Positions 43,638 through 61,662 of a stretch of 64,000 nt of DNA are shown here, one piece after another. Both the position numbers and the translations under genes were made by a program. The notes below the pieces were generated by a model that worked only from the letters and a program-made list of their open reading frames with translations, made no database searches and was not told the DNA's origin. Position 1 is the first letter of the stretch; the number at the start of each line of letters is the position of its first letter. Origin of the DNA: Eledone cirrhosa (Eukaryota); assembly GCA_964016885.1 (NCBI GenBank), contig OZ024753.1, positions 36,394,001-36,458,000 on the forward strand, given 5' to 3'.

Positions 43638-43745
43638 ATAGATATGTGTGTATGTGTATATATACGCAATTACATACATACACATATACATACATATATT
43701 ATACATACACATCTATATATATATACATATAGGTATCTATACATG

Positions 43746-43776
<31 letters not shown>

Positions 43777-44114
43777 GCGTGTGTTAGGTGTATGTAATGT
43801 TTGTATGTCAGCATGCCTCCAAACAAACTTACATCGCTGTTCTATTGCTGTAAACGCTTGTGGTGTTCTTAGTTCTCTCTCTCTCTCTCTCTCTCCCTAT
43901 CCCCCCTCTCTCTCTCTCTATCACCCCCCACCCCCCATATCTCTCTCCATTTCCCTCCCACTCTCTCTTTTTGTGCCTCTAGACAAATTCAATGATTAAA
44001 TCTATTCACACTGGCTGAATCTTTCAACATACACTTTCACACACATACACACATACACACACACACACGCACACACACTTACTCATATATATATATGTAT
44101 GTATGTGTGTGTGT

Positions 44115-44146
<32 letters not shown>

Positions 44147-44706
44147 ATTCATTTCATATGAAAAGAAAAAGAGATAGATATGTATCTGTATACATACATA
44201 CATACATATATATATATATGATAGATAGATAGATAGATAGATAGGAAGATAGATAGGAAGATAGATAGGAAGATAGATATATAGGGAGATATTTGGGTAG
44301 TTTCTTCATCACCTGCTAACCACTATCAAGTCTTTTAGAACACCACAAATTAATTTTTATCAAATAATTTCCTTGCAAAATATGTTTCGTTCTTATAATA
44401 TCGTGAATAATTTACCAGGATCTTCAGATCGAATATGAATAACAATCAATCATTTGACTAAGTCGTTTCATTCCAGGTTACTCATGTTTACTTAGTTGGA
44501 AGTAAGCACCAGCTGGAGATGAGTTAGCACTGCACCGGACGGGTGTCCCGTACCTTCAGTTTCACATTCACCTCTTCAAACTTAGATAAGCTCCGAATTT
44601 AGCTTTCATTTAGCCTGAGGAATTTGTTTTTATTTGAATTTTTGTAACGTTTCTTTGTTTTCGTCATACATTTGTTTAAACGTAAAAATTCACGCTGTTC
44701 TCTCCT

Positions 44707-45157
44707 ATACCGCCCTTTACCGTCTTGTACCATCTTGTACCGTCCTGTACCGTCCTGTACCGGCCTGTATCGTTCTGTGCCATTCTGTACCGTCTTGTAC
44801 CGTCTTGTACCGTCCTGTACCGTCCTGTACCGGCCTATATCGTTCTGTGCCATTCTGTACCGTCTTGTACCGTCCTGTACCGTCCTGTATCGGCCTGTAT
44901 CGTTCTGTGCCATTCTGTACCGTCTTGTACCGTCTTGTACCGTCCTGTACCGTCCTGTACCGGCCTATATCGTTCTGTGCCATTCTGTACCGTCTTGTAC
45001 CGTCCTGTACCGTCCTGTACCGGCCTGTATCGTTCTGTGCCATTCTGTACCGTCTTGTACCGTCTTGTGCCGTCCTGTAGCGTCTTGTACCGTCCTGTGC
45101 CACCATGTGCCATCCTGTACCGTATTATACTGTCCTGTACCGTCCTGTACCGTCTTA
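44707..45157. repeat. Minisatellite: 10-bp unit (ctgtaccgtc) with 60/70-bp higher-order period
   Basis: The marker cgttctgtgccattctgtac recurs at 44771, 44841, 44901, 44971 and 45031. Confidence 0.95.
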
Positions 45158-45238
45158 TGTCATCTTTAGTGTTTTATCAATGTGAACCATTCGTGGCTAA
45201 TAATGAAGCCACCACCATCACCATCATCAGCATCAGCA

Positions 45239-45283
<45 letters not shown>

Positions 45284-45284
45284 G

Positions 45285-45316
<32 letters not shown>

Positions 45317-45470
45317 TCAATGGCTTAGCGTGATTGTTTACTGCACCACAGAGTCCATTTGTTTGTGAGATGTTCAGAGTATTGTCTTTTCTTGGCTGGG
45401 AGGAGGGGGGGGGGGCTGATCTGTTTTGCGTCTTTTTTATAAAAAAATTATTATTATTTGCAACCGTAGT

Positions 45471-45502
<32 letters not shown>

Positions 45503-46024
45503 CGACGACGACGACGACGACAACAATAACAACAACAATAACAACAACAACACCAACAATAACAGCAACAACAATAGCAACAACAACAGCAACACAAACA
45601 ATAACAGTGATTAGATTGATTCAAATGATCATCACATTTTGTACCTTATTTCTTGGTTTGGGGTCGGAATATTTTAAATTCTCGCCAAATAAAGCCCGAG
45701 GGCATAATTTTAAGAGTTGTTATTTGGCATTCGAAGAATGCATCACCACTGATTTATTTCACAGTGAATCATGTTGGGCTTTCATTACAAATTAAGCAAT
45801 AAACACCGCCATTGTTTGTTTGTGCGCCATTTTGTTTGTATGTTTGTTTGTTTGTTTAGATTATCATTGCTTTTTTTATTATAACTATTATTATAACTAT
45901 TATTAATATTATTATTTTTATTCATGTAGCTTGTCTTTTTAATGTCTCCCTGTTCCGATGATCTTGTGGCAAATAAAAGAACTCAATATCATCATCAACA
46001 CCATCCTCCATCTTCCATCCTCCC

Positions 46025-46061
<37 letters not shown>

Positions 46062-46704
46062 ATAATCCTCCTCATCATTATCATCATCATCATTATTATT
46101 AGTATCATTATCCTGGTTCATTTTTTTTTGCTTTTTAATTTTATTTTTATATTGACTTATTATTGTTATCGGTTGTGTTTTGTTAATTTTGAAATGAAAA
46201 AAAAAAAAATAAAAAGAATAAAATGGAGTAAAAAATAGAAAATATGGTAAAATAAAATAAAATAAAATAAAACAAAACAAAACAAAATATAATAAGATAA
46301 AGAAAAAAAATAAAAGAAAATAAGTGGTGTCTCTGTTCAACCTTTTCCTGCTACAAATGTTAATTTACCATCATATTCACCTTTTTTTATATTTAATATA
46401 GGAATTGTTGAATTGTGGCAGGCTTAATAAAATGCAAATAAATTTGAAAAATAAAATATAAATTTTTTTAAAAAATAAGGTAAGTGCAATAGAGTTTTCT
46501 GTCTAAACAAAAGTCACATTGATAAACTCCCTAATTTCTCCATTATCTTAAATTTATATATTTAAGTTAAAGCCAATGAAAGTATTTCGTTTACGTCTGT
46601 TAAGATAAAGACAAAGTTTAAAAAAAAAGATGGCGGCAAGTATATTTTGATATATTTTTGAAAACTACTGTTACAGACGTTTTACGTAAAATATAGATAT
46701 TCAG

Positions 46705-47032
<328 letters not shown>

Positions 47033-47379
47033 TAACAATAATAATAATAACAATAACAATAATAATAATAATTGTTTCTACTTTAGGCACAAGGCCAGCA
47101 ATTAATAATAATAATAATAATAAATGTGAAGATTAAAATCCAAAGAGGGCTCGATAAGGATAAATATATATGAAAATATTTAAGAACCCTAGAGCAAATA
47201 TTTTATAAGATCCCGTTAAGGGTGAAAGCAGCGATTCTTTGCTTAAACTTTGATCTGTTATTTTAATATATATATATATACATATACATACATATATACA
47301 TACATATATATACATATATATACATATATATATGCATATACACATACTCACATATATGTATATATATGTCTGTCTGTAT

Positions 47380-47441
<62 letters not shown>

Positions 47442-47503
47442 TTATTCCTAATTAAGCCATTTTTCAACTGTGAACAATTTGTCAGCATTTTCTATTCCGT
47501 TTA

Positions 47504-47782
<279 letters not shown>

Positions 47783-48081
47783 ACAGACTTAGATAGACCT
47801 GAACAGTATTTAAACTCAGAGCATAGAGACCCTGATCGAACACTCGGAAGTATTCTATGCGACATCTTAACGACTCTGGCAATGCGGAAATTTTCAAGGC
47901 AATCTACTCGTACATCTCCTAACAAAATTTACTAACAAAAGCACAACGGGGTATGGAATGTGGTAAACCATATAGGGCAAACATGGTGTTGACTTTAATG
48001 ATGTTTTGTATGGTTTCCGTTTGTTAAACAATGAAATGCAATAATAAAAAATAGAGTTTGATATTAAAAAAGGGGACAATG

Positions 48082-48164
<83 letters not shown>

Positions 48165-48166
48165 GC

Positions 48167-48206
<40 letters not shown>

Positions 48207-48342
48207 ATATATATATACTAGTATGTGCAAACGTACATACATGTTATAAAGAGCAAATAAATATCCGGCCTATCCCATACCCTTGTATATGGGTGCAGAT
48301 GATTTTTCTTTTGTCTTTAGGGTTTTTTTTTTTTAGTTCAAA

Positions 48343-48384
<42 letters not shown>

Positions 48385-48685
48385 TATCGTTGACATTTAT
48401 TATTAGCCAGATTTCTTTTACTTAAGAGCTTCGTTTATGTTAGATTGTGTTAAAGGCTCAAAGTTAATGAAACGTTAGTTGTTGAGGAGTAGTAGAATCT
48501 TCGTCTAGCTGCGGTCCCCCGCTGTGAACAAGCCTGTTTGTAGTTACCACATAGATTCAAGAGAAAGGGTAACTAACGCTGGGCCTTAAGCGATTTGTGG
48601 TGCGTCGCCATGACAGGCTATTGTTGAGTAATTTTGCATGCTACCGATGACAAAGGAAAACGACATATTTTGTTGAATTTTTCCC

Positions 48686-48722
<37 letters not shown>

Positions 48723-48737
48723 ATATATATATATATA

Positions 48738-48786
<49 letters not shown>

Positions 48787-48819
48787 ATATATACATATAT
48801 ATACATATAAACATATATA

Positions 48820-48882
<63 letters not shown>

Positions 48883-49429
48883 ATATATACATATAAACAT
48901 ATATATATACATAAATATATATATATATATATAAACATATATATATACATAAACATATATATATATACATATAAACATATATATATATATATATGAAGAA
49001 GAAGAAGAAGAAGAAGAAGAAGAAGAAGAAGAAGAAGAAGAAGAAGAAGAAGAAGAAGAAGAAGAAGAGCAACGACAACAACAAAACCAAGAATCTAAAT
49101 AAACGGAGGTGAAAATATATGTACATACACAGAAATAAACAACACAGTAGAAATACGTATTTGTCTCCGATGGCTTTTTACAATCTCCATCATTTATATA
49201 ATCACACATGCGCATAGAGACACAGACACACACCACATACATATATATACATATATGTAATTTGTATATATAGGTAAAGGTTCAGGACCCCGACGGCAGA
49301 GCTCAAGCCGTTTCGACGGCAACTTCTGGACTAATATATATATACACAAGCACATATATATATATATATAGATAGATACATATACACATATACATATATA
49401 TATATACATACATATATACATACATATAT

Positions 49430-49485
<56 letters not shown>

Positions 49486-49665
49486 ATATATATATATATA
49501 TATATAAATATACATATACATATTTATATATATATACATATATTTATATATATATACATATATTTATATATACATATATATATATATACATATATACATA
49601 TATATATATACATATTTACACATATATATACACATATATATATATACATATATACATATATATAT

Positions 49666-49714
<49 letters not shown>

Positions 49715-49720
49715 CATATA

Positions 49721-49752
<32 letters not shown>

Positions 49753-49775
49753 CATATATATATACACATATATAC

Positions 49776-49812
<37 letters not shown>

Positions 49813-49835
49813 CATATATATATACACATATATAA

Positions 49836-49948
<113 letters not shown>

Positions 49949-50475
49949 GCTTCATACGTAAGATATTAATAATGTCTGATGATTTACACATTGTCTAAAC
50001 CCACGCTGAGACTCTGCCAAAATGAACTCAACATAATGGCACATAACAGGAAAATATATATACAAAACATCAAAGACTTCTTAAAGAACAATGTTTTCCT
50101 AACTAAGAACGCATTTTTAACATAATGTTTTCGTTCAACTTCGTTATTCGGCTGGTGGATCTTGCAGTATCTTTAACGCGGCAATCTTTCGGATATTTGT
50201 GTCCTGAATTCAAATCCTTCTATTGTCAATTTTGAATTTCGTCCTTCCCTTCCAAGGAGAAGGAAATCGACAAAATAATGTATAAATCAAGTTGAAAAAT
50301 TAGCTAAAGTTTGTCCCAAACTCTGGGGGTCGCCAGTTCGGTCCTTATCTCTTTTCATTTTATTATCGTTAAGCCATTAAGGGCGGTGGTTTAGCAGTAT
50401 CGGTAGAGCTTCGGATACGATGCTTCGTGGCCTAGAGTTACGTTCTCTGTTCAAATCCCACCGAGGTTAGCTTTG

Positions 50476-50845
<370 letters not shown>

Positions 50846-51619
50846 GTTTACTATAGAAATGCCTTCTACAAGACTAGAACTGTTTCATTCAAAAGAAATA
50901 ACCAGGAAAGAGATAGAAAGATGGATAGAAAGTGCGGGATCGAGAGAGAGGGGCGGATGAGGGAGAGAGAAATATACAGAGGACAAATTTAAAATAGTAT
51001 CGTGGTATGTTGTTAGACGACTTCGTTGGTAAAATTTGATGCTTTGCAAGAAAAAAAAATATACATATAATGAAATATGAATAATATATTACATTATTCA
51101 TGTTACTATAGGTTTTCAATGATAAGAAGTGTGAACAAAGAGAAGCTATATGTTGTACAAGAAAATCTGGTAGTAATCCGAATGAGAGCGTCACGCCCCA
51201 TTAGGAAATATATGTGTACGCACATCATATTTACATACGAAGAATGTATAAGTAGATATACAATAATGAAAGTATTTTTAAAGATTGAAACAATAAATAA
51301 GAAGAGAGAAAAAATGAGAAAAATAAAATAGGCGGGAGGATAAGAAACTTTTTTTTTTTTTAAATGGGAAGGATGAAAGGGAGGGGGGCAAAGGGAAATT
51401 TGTGCAAATTTGTGCAAATTTGTGCAAATTTGGGCAAATTCTTCACATTTGGCTGGGCATTACATCTAGGCTACACCCCGTGAACAAAATGCAAAAGCAT
51501 TGCTGAGGAGAAGAACCAACGATACCCTACATTAAAATACGAGTGAGTGGACAACATTATGTATGTATATATGGACCCATAACTCCTGGTGGTGTGTGGT
51601 AGGGGTATCGTTGTGGAGA

Positions 51620-51694
<75 letters not shown>

Positions 51695-51844
51695 AGCAGA
51701 AGAATCGACATGAGTAGTGAAGTAGAAATTTTTGATCGATCTCGAAAGGATATAAGCAAAGTTGAACTCAACGGGATGTGAACTAAGCGCAGAATATGAG
51801 AAGCACAGAGTACCACATATGTATATATATATATACACACACAC

Positions 51845-51875
<31 letters not shown>

Positions 51876-51914
51876 AATGTATGTATATATATATACATCT
51901 ATCTATCTATCTAT

Positions 51915-51949
<35 letters not shown>

Positions 51950-52617
51950 CATCTATAAAGAGGTTGAGAATGGTGGATAATCAGATAGGTAGAGCGGTGG
52001 ACAAAATGCCATAGAGTATTTAGTTACATGTTCTGTTAGATAAATGGTAAAGTCAAGTCGAATCACTAAATGCTACTAGAAATGAATCAATTGTTAATTG
52101 ATCTAGTGGATATGGCGTTATATTGAGAAATACCATCAAAACTAAAAGCTTCTTTATTTTATGTGTCACACTTACTGCTACAAGTCCTACAAAATCTATA
52201 ACAGCTGCATTATTCGTTCTCTTCAAATTTACGTCTACGTGAAGTCTATCTCTATATGGACACATTGTTGGTTAAAATACACTTAGAGGAGGGTATTTTC
52301 TTAATAGGAAGGTCACAGGGATGATGAAAGTTGCTGACAGAAATGTCACCAACCTCGGAATTAAAGGGGTGATCTTCATCAAATGTTTTATATAACAGAA
52401 AAACAATCAGCGTAAGTTGAGTAACATTCTTTAGCTATTTGAAATGCAGTCCTCTCGACGTAAATGACTATAATAATAGGCAGAGTATGAGAAATTATAG
52501 ACATCATGTTCAAATTAAACAAAGTACGAGAAATTCTGGTTGACTTAAGAACATTGGGGAAATTTGAAAAGGAGTCGACCCAACGTAAATGTTTATAATA
52601 ATAGTAGATCACAATAA

Positions 52618-52800
52618 TTAATTGTTTCTACTTTTGGCACAAGGCAAGCAATCATCCAGTACATTACTGGTACTTTATTTTATCGACCCCGTAAGGATAA
52701 AAGGCAAAGTTAACCTCGGCGGGATTTGAACTCAGAATGGCAAGGGCCGTAACTCTATGCGTCAAAGCATGTCGTCCGACCCTCTACCGATACTGCCAAT
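52618..52800 (-). mobile_element. SINE
   Basis: Reverse complement of the consensus. Confidence 0.9.
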
Positions 52801-53113
52801 CTAATGATTGGAAAAAGATCAGGTAAAATACTCAGGATACGTAAAACGAGGATAGAGACATGTGAGGTGAATTAATTGATACATACATACACACACACAT
52901 ACATATATATACACATACATATATGGTGGTTGCAAACACGAACCTGCAACATATCCTGAACAAGCAATCTGTGCTTTGAAGGTTTTTTAAGTGGCATACA
53001 TACATATATATATATGCATACCAACACTAACATATATATCCTAGAAACGATCGTAAAATGATGAATTTTTTAATATAAGGAACTGTTTCTTTGTTTATTC
53101 ATTATTTTTATTA

Positions 53114-53181
<68 letters not shown>

Positions 53182-53245
53182 ATGTATGTATGTATACCAC
53201 TTAAAAAAACCTTCAAAGCACAGATTGCTTGTTCAGGATATACAT

Positions 53246-53408
<163 letters not shown>

Positions 53409-53575
53409 AATAGTGAAAACAATGTAATTAAACAAAAAACGGTTAATTCATAGTGAAACTCATTATTTTACGATCGTTTCTGGGGGTAGTTCCCCGTATG
53501 TTCATTCTATTATTGATCTATGTAAAATATATTACAAATTATGACCCTGCCATTAATTGGTGGATTTATCTGTGC

Positions 53576-53653
<78 letters not shown>

Positions 53654-53764
53654 TAATAATAATAAATTTGAAGACTAAAATCCAAAGAGGGCTCGATAAG
53701 GATAAATATATATCGAATATATAAGAACCGTAGAGCAAATATTTATTAAAATAACAGATTAAAG

Positions 53765-53811
53765 TTTAAGCAAAGAATCGCTGCTTTCACCCTTAACGGG
53801 ATCTTCTGAAA
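53765..53811 (-). ncRNA. Degenerate hammerhead (family G)
   Basis: Minus strand: ttt-CAGAAGA-tccc gttaa gggt-GAA-AGCA gcgattctt TGCT-T-aaa. One core mismatch (U4A). Confidence 0.5.
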
Positions 53812-53889
53812 GAATATATATATATAAGTAAACGGAAACAACTAAGCAAACAATAAATAATGTATCAGTTAACGCTTCTAGGAAAAGAG

Positions 53890-53925
53890 TTTTAACGTTT
53901 CGGACGGTAGTGCTTCATCAGAATA
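53890..53925 (-). ncRNA. Minimal hammerhead, partly degenerate (family H)
   Basis: Minus strand: tatt-CTGATGA-agcactaccgtcc-GAA-ACGT-T-aaaa. Palindromic ACGT stem III. Confidence 0.6.
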
Positions 53926-54315
53926 TAGAATGAGAAGTAAACGAAAAAAAAAGAAATATAGAGAATGAGATGAGGAGGAAACATAAAACCATTTTTTTAG
54001 AAAAAGCACGTGTATATTCAGTCAGCCAATTATATATTGTTGCTGTCTAGGAGATCGATTAAAAGTTTGAAGGCATGACTTCAGTATAATGACTGAAAAC
54101 TAGTAAAGGAATGAAAGACTAAACCTAAAAGAAATACACACACGCATACACACACACATATTTATGGGCACACATACACACACATATATACACACATACA
54201 TGTACACATACACACACATACATGTACACATACACACACATATACACGCACATACATGTACACATACAACGACACAAAGATAAACACACACATATTTATA
54301 TAAATATATATATTT

Positions 54316-54346
<31 letters not shown>

Positions 54347-54778
54347 CTATATATATACTATATATATACTATATATATATACACATGTATATACATGTAC
54401 ATACATATATATGTACGAGTATATGTGTGTGTGTCTGCACAACGACCATAAAATAATTCCATATCTACACATAGACATACAGAGAGGTTCACTCATCACA
54501 TATGCAAGTATATACACTCAACATCTATATACAATATATACACTCCACATTTATATACAGTTCAAGTAATAATGTATACACATTCCATCAATAATATAAC
54601 ATATTATGCCAATAATAATTCTATAACTATATGTAATCAGATTTCGCCCGATAGAAATCGACATACATATTATATGCACACACACACACTCACACACACA
54701 CACACACACATATATATGTATTATATATATATATATAATATATATATATATGTATACACACATACATGCATATATATG

Positions 54779-54829
<51 letters not shown>

Positions 54830-55259
54830 ATATATATATATATGTGTATACACACATACATGCATATTATATATATATATATATGTTGCTCTCTTTCTCT
54901 CAGTATCTATTAACAGAAACAGAGAGAGAGAGAAGGAGGAAGAGAAAGATATATATATATATATATTTACGCATATATATATGTGTGTGTGTGTGTGTGT
55001 CTCTCGATGTGTGTATGTGTGTATGTGTGTTCACATTATATCAGTGACTAAGTATTTGTATATTCACAAATAAGTAGAAATGAAACTAATATTTAGAATC
55101 TAATTGGTATTCTGGTGGCAAATATCTAAAACTGCATTCAATATTGGTAATTAAATTGTCTCCAAATGTCTCTTAGAACAAACATATGTATTAACCCAGT
55201 GTAGAGAGAGACACACGTACTCACACATACATCTATATATAAGTACATATATATATATA

Positions 55260-55406
<147 letters not shown>

Positions 55407-55481
55407 TTATATATATATATATATGTATATATTTTTATATATATATATATATATATGTATATATTTATATATATATGTGTA

Positions 55482-55561
<80 letters not shown>

Positions 55562-55629
55562 TGTATATATTTATTTATATATATATATATATGTATCTAT
55601 GTATATATATATATATATGTATATATATG

Positions 55630-55688
<59 letters not shown>

Positions 55689-55689
55689 G

Positions 55690-55775
<86 letters not shown>

Positions 55776-55792
55776 GTGTGTATATATATATA

Positions 55793-55841
<49 letters not shown>

Positions 55842-56037
55842 GCACACATACGATACACTTATGTAAATATGTAAGGAAATGGACGTTTAAATATATTTTA
55901 TTTTAACACTATTACTGTCCATGTATATTTCGTAAACACACATAAAAGGGTCACACATATATATATACATCATTTTTATTATTTTTCCTTTTTTTTTGCA
56001 TTTATACACTTACATATACACATGCATCATTCCATAC

Positions 56038-56091
<54 letters not shown>

Positions 56092-56151
56092 GTATATAGA
56101 TATATAGATATATGTATATATATATATATATGTGTATATATATATATACAC

Positions 56152-56319
<168 letters not shown>

Positions 56320-56369
56320 TTACATATATATATACATATATATATATATGTATATATATAAATATATAC

Positions 56370-56465
<96 letters not shown>

Positions 56466-56793
56466 TTACATATATATACATATATAAGGGGTGAGGTAGT
56501 GGTGTGGAGGCGAGAGTAAGTGGTAATGTATAAAGTCTTTTCAAGAATGACAGACTTGTATAGCTGTCAGAAAAATATCCATTATAACTTGTTAACAGGC
56601 TTTGCTGTAAATAACATAAGTTTGATAGATATGAAACAATGATGTCACATTGATTGAAATGACCAGAAGACATTTTGGGCAGAAAATTTACTTGATATAG
56701 CAGATGAAATGAAAAAAGTCTGATATGTAGATATGTACGATATGTATGATATGTATATATGAAGAACATTTTTTTTTCATAAGTGTACATGTA

Positions 56794-56839
<46 letters not shown>

Positions 56840-56878
56840 GTGATATATTTATATATATATAATATATATATATGATAT

Positions 56879-57002
<124 letters not shown>

Positions 57003-57056
57003 ATATTATATATATATATATCACATAATATATATATATATAAATATATATAATAT

Positions 57057-57108
<52 letters not shown>

Positions 57109-57163
57109 CGTGTATATATTCAATTTGTCTAGTTCGGGATACTTATATATATATATATACATA

Positions 57164-57248
<85 letters not shown>

Positions 57249-57512
57249 TGAGTGATATGTTTCCTGTGAGTGGGCATAATAAAATCTGTCCTCATACCAC
57301 CATCACAAATACGACCATCATACCTGACTGATAGCCGTAAGAAAAATAATAAAATATGAAAAAGAAATCATTTTATAAGAAGCAGCTGACAAGTGACAGA
57401 CGTATGACTGTCAACGGTTGTTTGTAGAATATATATGCATACATATATACACATATGTTATACATATGTATGTATATATATATATATATGTATGTATTTA
57501 TATATGTGTATG

Positions 57513-57546
<34 letters not shown>

Positions 57547-57620
57547 TGTATGTATATATATATATATATATCAAATCACATAAACACAGACACACACATA
57601 TAAATGTATATAAATATTTA

Positions 57621-57729
<109 letters not shown>

Positions 57730-57856
57730 GTATATATATACACACACACACAAACATGTGTGTACAGTAAAACGACGTAAAGTTCCGAAGAAAACAAAAA
57801 TGAGAACGATATGCTGATAATACTAATACTATTACTCGTACTTTCGAAACAGGCAA

Positions 57857-57919
<63 letters not shown>

Positions 57920-58256
57920 CAACACTTATATCATTAATAATATTAATATACATAATAACAACAGTAACAAAAGCAGCAAAACACAAAAATAACGATAACG
58001 AAACGCAAAAAAAAAAAAGGTTCGTAAATGTGATAATAAAAAATATATAGCATATACAGCATATCTGAAATATGTCATAAAACTAGAAAAAACTAAAAGA
58101 GAAACTGCTAATGTGATATTAAACTGCCGATTCTCAACAGCAAGAAAAACACCTTATTTGACCCCGTAACGGGAAAATAAATGAATGAAATCTTTGTAAA
58201 AGATTCTTGTTTCTCATTTCTGTCGTCCATTTTTGCCTACGTATGTTGCTATATTT

Positions 58257-58319
<63 letters not shown>

Positions 58320-58400
58320 CTGTCTTTGTATATAAAATATATATATATATATATATATATATTACTGTCTTTGTATATATAAATATATATATATATATAC

Positions 58401-58484
<84 letters not shown>

Positions 58485-58547
58485 CTGTCTTTGTATATAT
58501 AAATATATATATATATACATATATATATTACTGTCTTTGTATATATA

Positions 58548-58620
<73 letters not shown>

Positions 58621-58665
58621 ATAGGTATATGTATATCTATATATTTATATATATGTATAAATATA

Positions 58666-58763
<98 letters not shown>

Positions 58764-59140
58764 ATATCATTTATTTGTGTATTTATTGGTAATGTGAGTT
58801 TATATATTTCATGTAACGCTTATGGTGGTGATTCTGTGTTCAAGAAAATAATTAATTGTGACAGAGTCAGGAAGTAAAAATGGATGAAACCCAACCAAAC
58901 ATAATGAAAAGAAGAGAAAGAAAAACGAGGTAAGTGACAGTATATACATATGCACGAACCACACACATACACACACACACGAACGTACACACACACACGT
59001 ATATATATATATAAATATATACATATAAATGTATATAAAGAGAAAACCACACACAAACATATATATATATAAAAGTATATATAAATAAATATATATATAT
59101 ATATATATTTATATGTATGTATATATATAAATATATATAT

Positions 59141-59204
<64 letters not shown>

Positions 59205-59276
59205 TACATACACAAACACACATTTATATACATATATATATGTATCTCTCTCTCTCTCTATCTCTCTCTCTATATA

Positions 59277-59413
<137 letters not shown>

Positions 59414-59687
59414 TATATATATATATATAGATATATATGTATATATTTACACTACGCACACAAACACACATTTATATTTATATTTGTATACATAGAATAA
59501 GAGAAAGTAGGGTTTATGAAATACGTGTCCGTACGGATCATATAAAATGCTCCTCGTTGACAGTAAATGCAGAAAGGATTATTCTGGTTGCATGTCATGT
59601 GTCTTGATAAGCCTGTGTGTTTCTCTTTATATTGACATCTTGTGATATGTTGACAGTGAATATATGGTATTATACACTTCAAGCGCT

Positions 59688-59878
59688 CGATTGGCAGTAT
59701 CGGTGGAGGGTCGGACGCCATGCTTTCCAGCATAGAGTTATGTCCCTTTACGGTCTGAGTTCAAATCTCGCCGAGGTTACCTTTGCCTTTCATCATTACG
59801 GAGTCGATAAACTAAAGTACCAGTAACGCACTGGATAATTGCTGGCCTTGTGCCAAAAGTATAAACAATTATTATTAT
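59688..59878 (+). mobile_element. SINE
   Basis: Consensus match with (att)n tail. Confidence 0.9.
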
Positions 59879-60343
59879 TCTAGTTGTTATTGCATTGTTC
59901 CACGAAGTCGTTGGTTACTCAGCCAAAGTATTCTGTACCTCCGAGTTTTAACCTGAAATGTTTCCACATGATTACTCATTTATAAATGATCAGTTATCCA
60001 ACCTTTATTTGAATCTTCTTCTCCTTCTTGTTGTGTATGATTTGGTCTCGGGTTGTTGTTGTTCCGTTGATCGAATAGAATTGTCACGATAGAACAATAC
60101 TTTTCAACTGATTCGCCCCAAAACATTATAGTCATAGAAATTTCCAGATATCTTTAATTTCTTGAAGCATAGAAACATTTAGTCAGTGAATTTCTTTCTT
60201 TCTTTCCCTATCCCCATCGTTTTCTTTCTCGTTCTCTTTTTCTCTGCATCTTTATACCTCTCTCTTTCTCTCGGTCTTTCTTCACACACACACACACACA
60301 CTCACATATATATACACACATATATATATATATACATACACAC

Positions 60344-60561
<218 letters not shown>

Positions 60562-60720
60562 TCTCACTGTCGTGCTCTATTCTCTAACCCTATTTAATAA
60601 TTAATACTGTAATCGCCCAATTCATGGATTTACGATGGAAGACTTGTGATACCTAATTACGGTTTCAAATTTGGGCACACGGTAATAGAATATTAATAAT
60701 AATAATAATAATAATAATAA

Positions 60721-61202
60721 CATAAGCCAGAGTCGGTGATAGAAAACGATCAGGTGAAGGTGCTGTGGGATTTTAGGATATAGACGGACAAGAAACTGGA
60801 ACACAATAGACCTGACCTGGTGGTTTTGGACAAGGAAAAAAGATCGTGCCTGATTGTGGATGTGGCCTGCCCATTCGACACGAGAGTGCAAGAGAAGGAG
60901 AGGGAGAAAATTAACCGATACCAGGACTTAAAGTGGGAGGTAAAAAGGATTTGGAACTGCCATGAAGTCAAAGTGATCCCGATTGTCATAGGCGCACTAG
61001 GGACTATCTCAAAAAGTTTCCAGGGATGGTTAAAGAAAATTGGCTCCGCCACGCTTTTTGGAACGCTTCAAAAGGCATGCTTGCTGGGAACAGCAAGAAC
61101 CCTCCGATACGTCCTGAATATCTGAGGCTGCAGGTAGTGGCTTGATATTCATCTCAACAAACTTTCCAGTTAACTAACATCAATGACTGAGACTCAAAGA
61201 AC
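60721..61202 (+). mobile_element. 5'-truncated Dong/R4-clade non-LTR retrotransposon (restriction-like endonuclease C-terminus plus 3'UTR) in (TAA)n
   Basis: HKPESVIENDQVKVLWDFRI*TDKKLEHNRPDLVVLDKEKRSCLIVDVACPFD...KINRYQDL...VIPIVIGALG...LQKACLLGTARTLR: RPD-D RLE motif. In-frame stop at 60781. (TAA)n on both sides, as for Dong elements. Confidence 0.9.
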
Positions 61203-61231
<29 letters not shown>

Positions 61232-61234
<3 letters not shown>

Positions 61235-61477
61235 TTTCTTTATTAACCACAAGGGTTTACATAAAGTAGACATTAAGGACAGTGCAGGACAATGCAGGAC
61301 GGTACAAATGGGCATTTCTGCGTGTAAAAAAAACAAAAATAGAGGATGTAACAAAAAAATAACAAGGAAAAATTCCCCAATAGGGGGGGGGGGGACTTCG
61401 GAGGGACATTTGTGGAGAAAGCCCAGTAAAGGGCCACAGTGATCCTGACCACCAAGGCAAGTGCCCTCTCCCAGTTT
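61232..61477 (-). mobile_element. Retroposon 3' end, tail-to-tail with the Dong fragment
   Basis: Minus strand ends cccttgtggttAATAAAgaaatc(att)n; bounded by TAA repeats. Confidence 0.45.
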
Positions 61478-61625
61478 TAATAATAATAATAATAATAAGA
61501 AGAAGAAGAAGAAGAAAAAGAAGAAGAAGAACAACAACAACAACTACAACAACATATCTTTAGTTAAAAGTCTAGGACTGAACAAGAACAACAGCAAGGA
61601 CAACAACAACAACACCAACAAGAGC

Positions 61626-61662
<37 letters not shown>

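Noticed and set aside
44599-45333. Repetitive ORFs resembling a repeat protein or a CRISPR-like array
   Set aside because: A 10-bp-unit satellite with no unique spacers; eukaryotic context and no cas genes.
52053-52612. Short non-repetitive ORFs
   Set aside because: No recognisable domain, and stop codons separate them; cannot be supported as coding.
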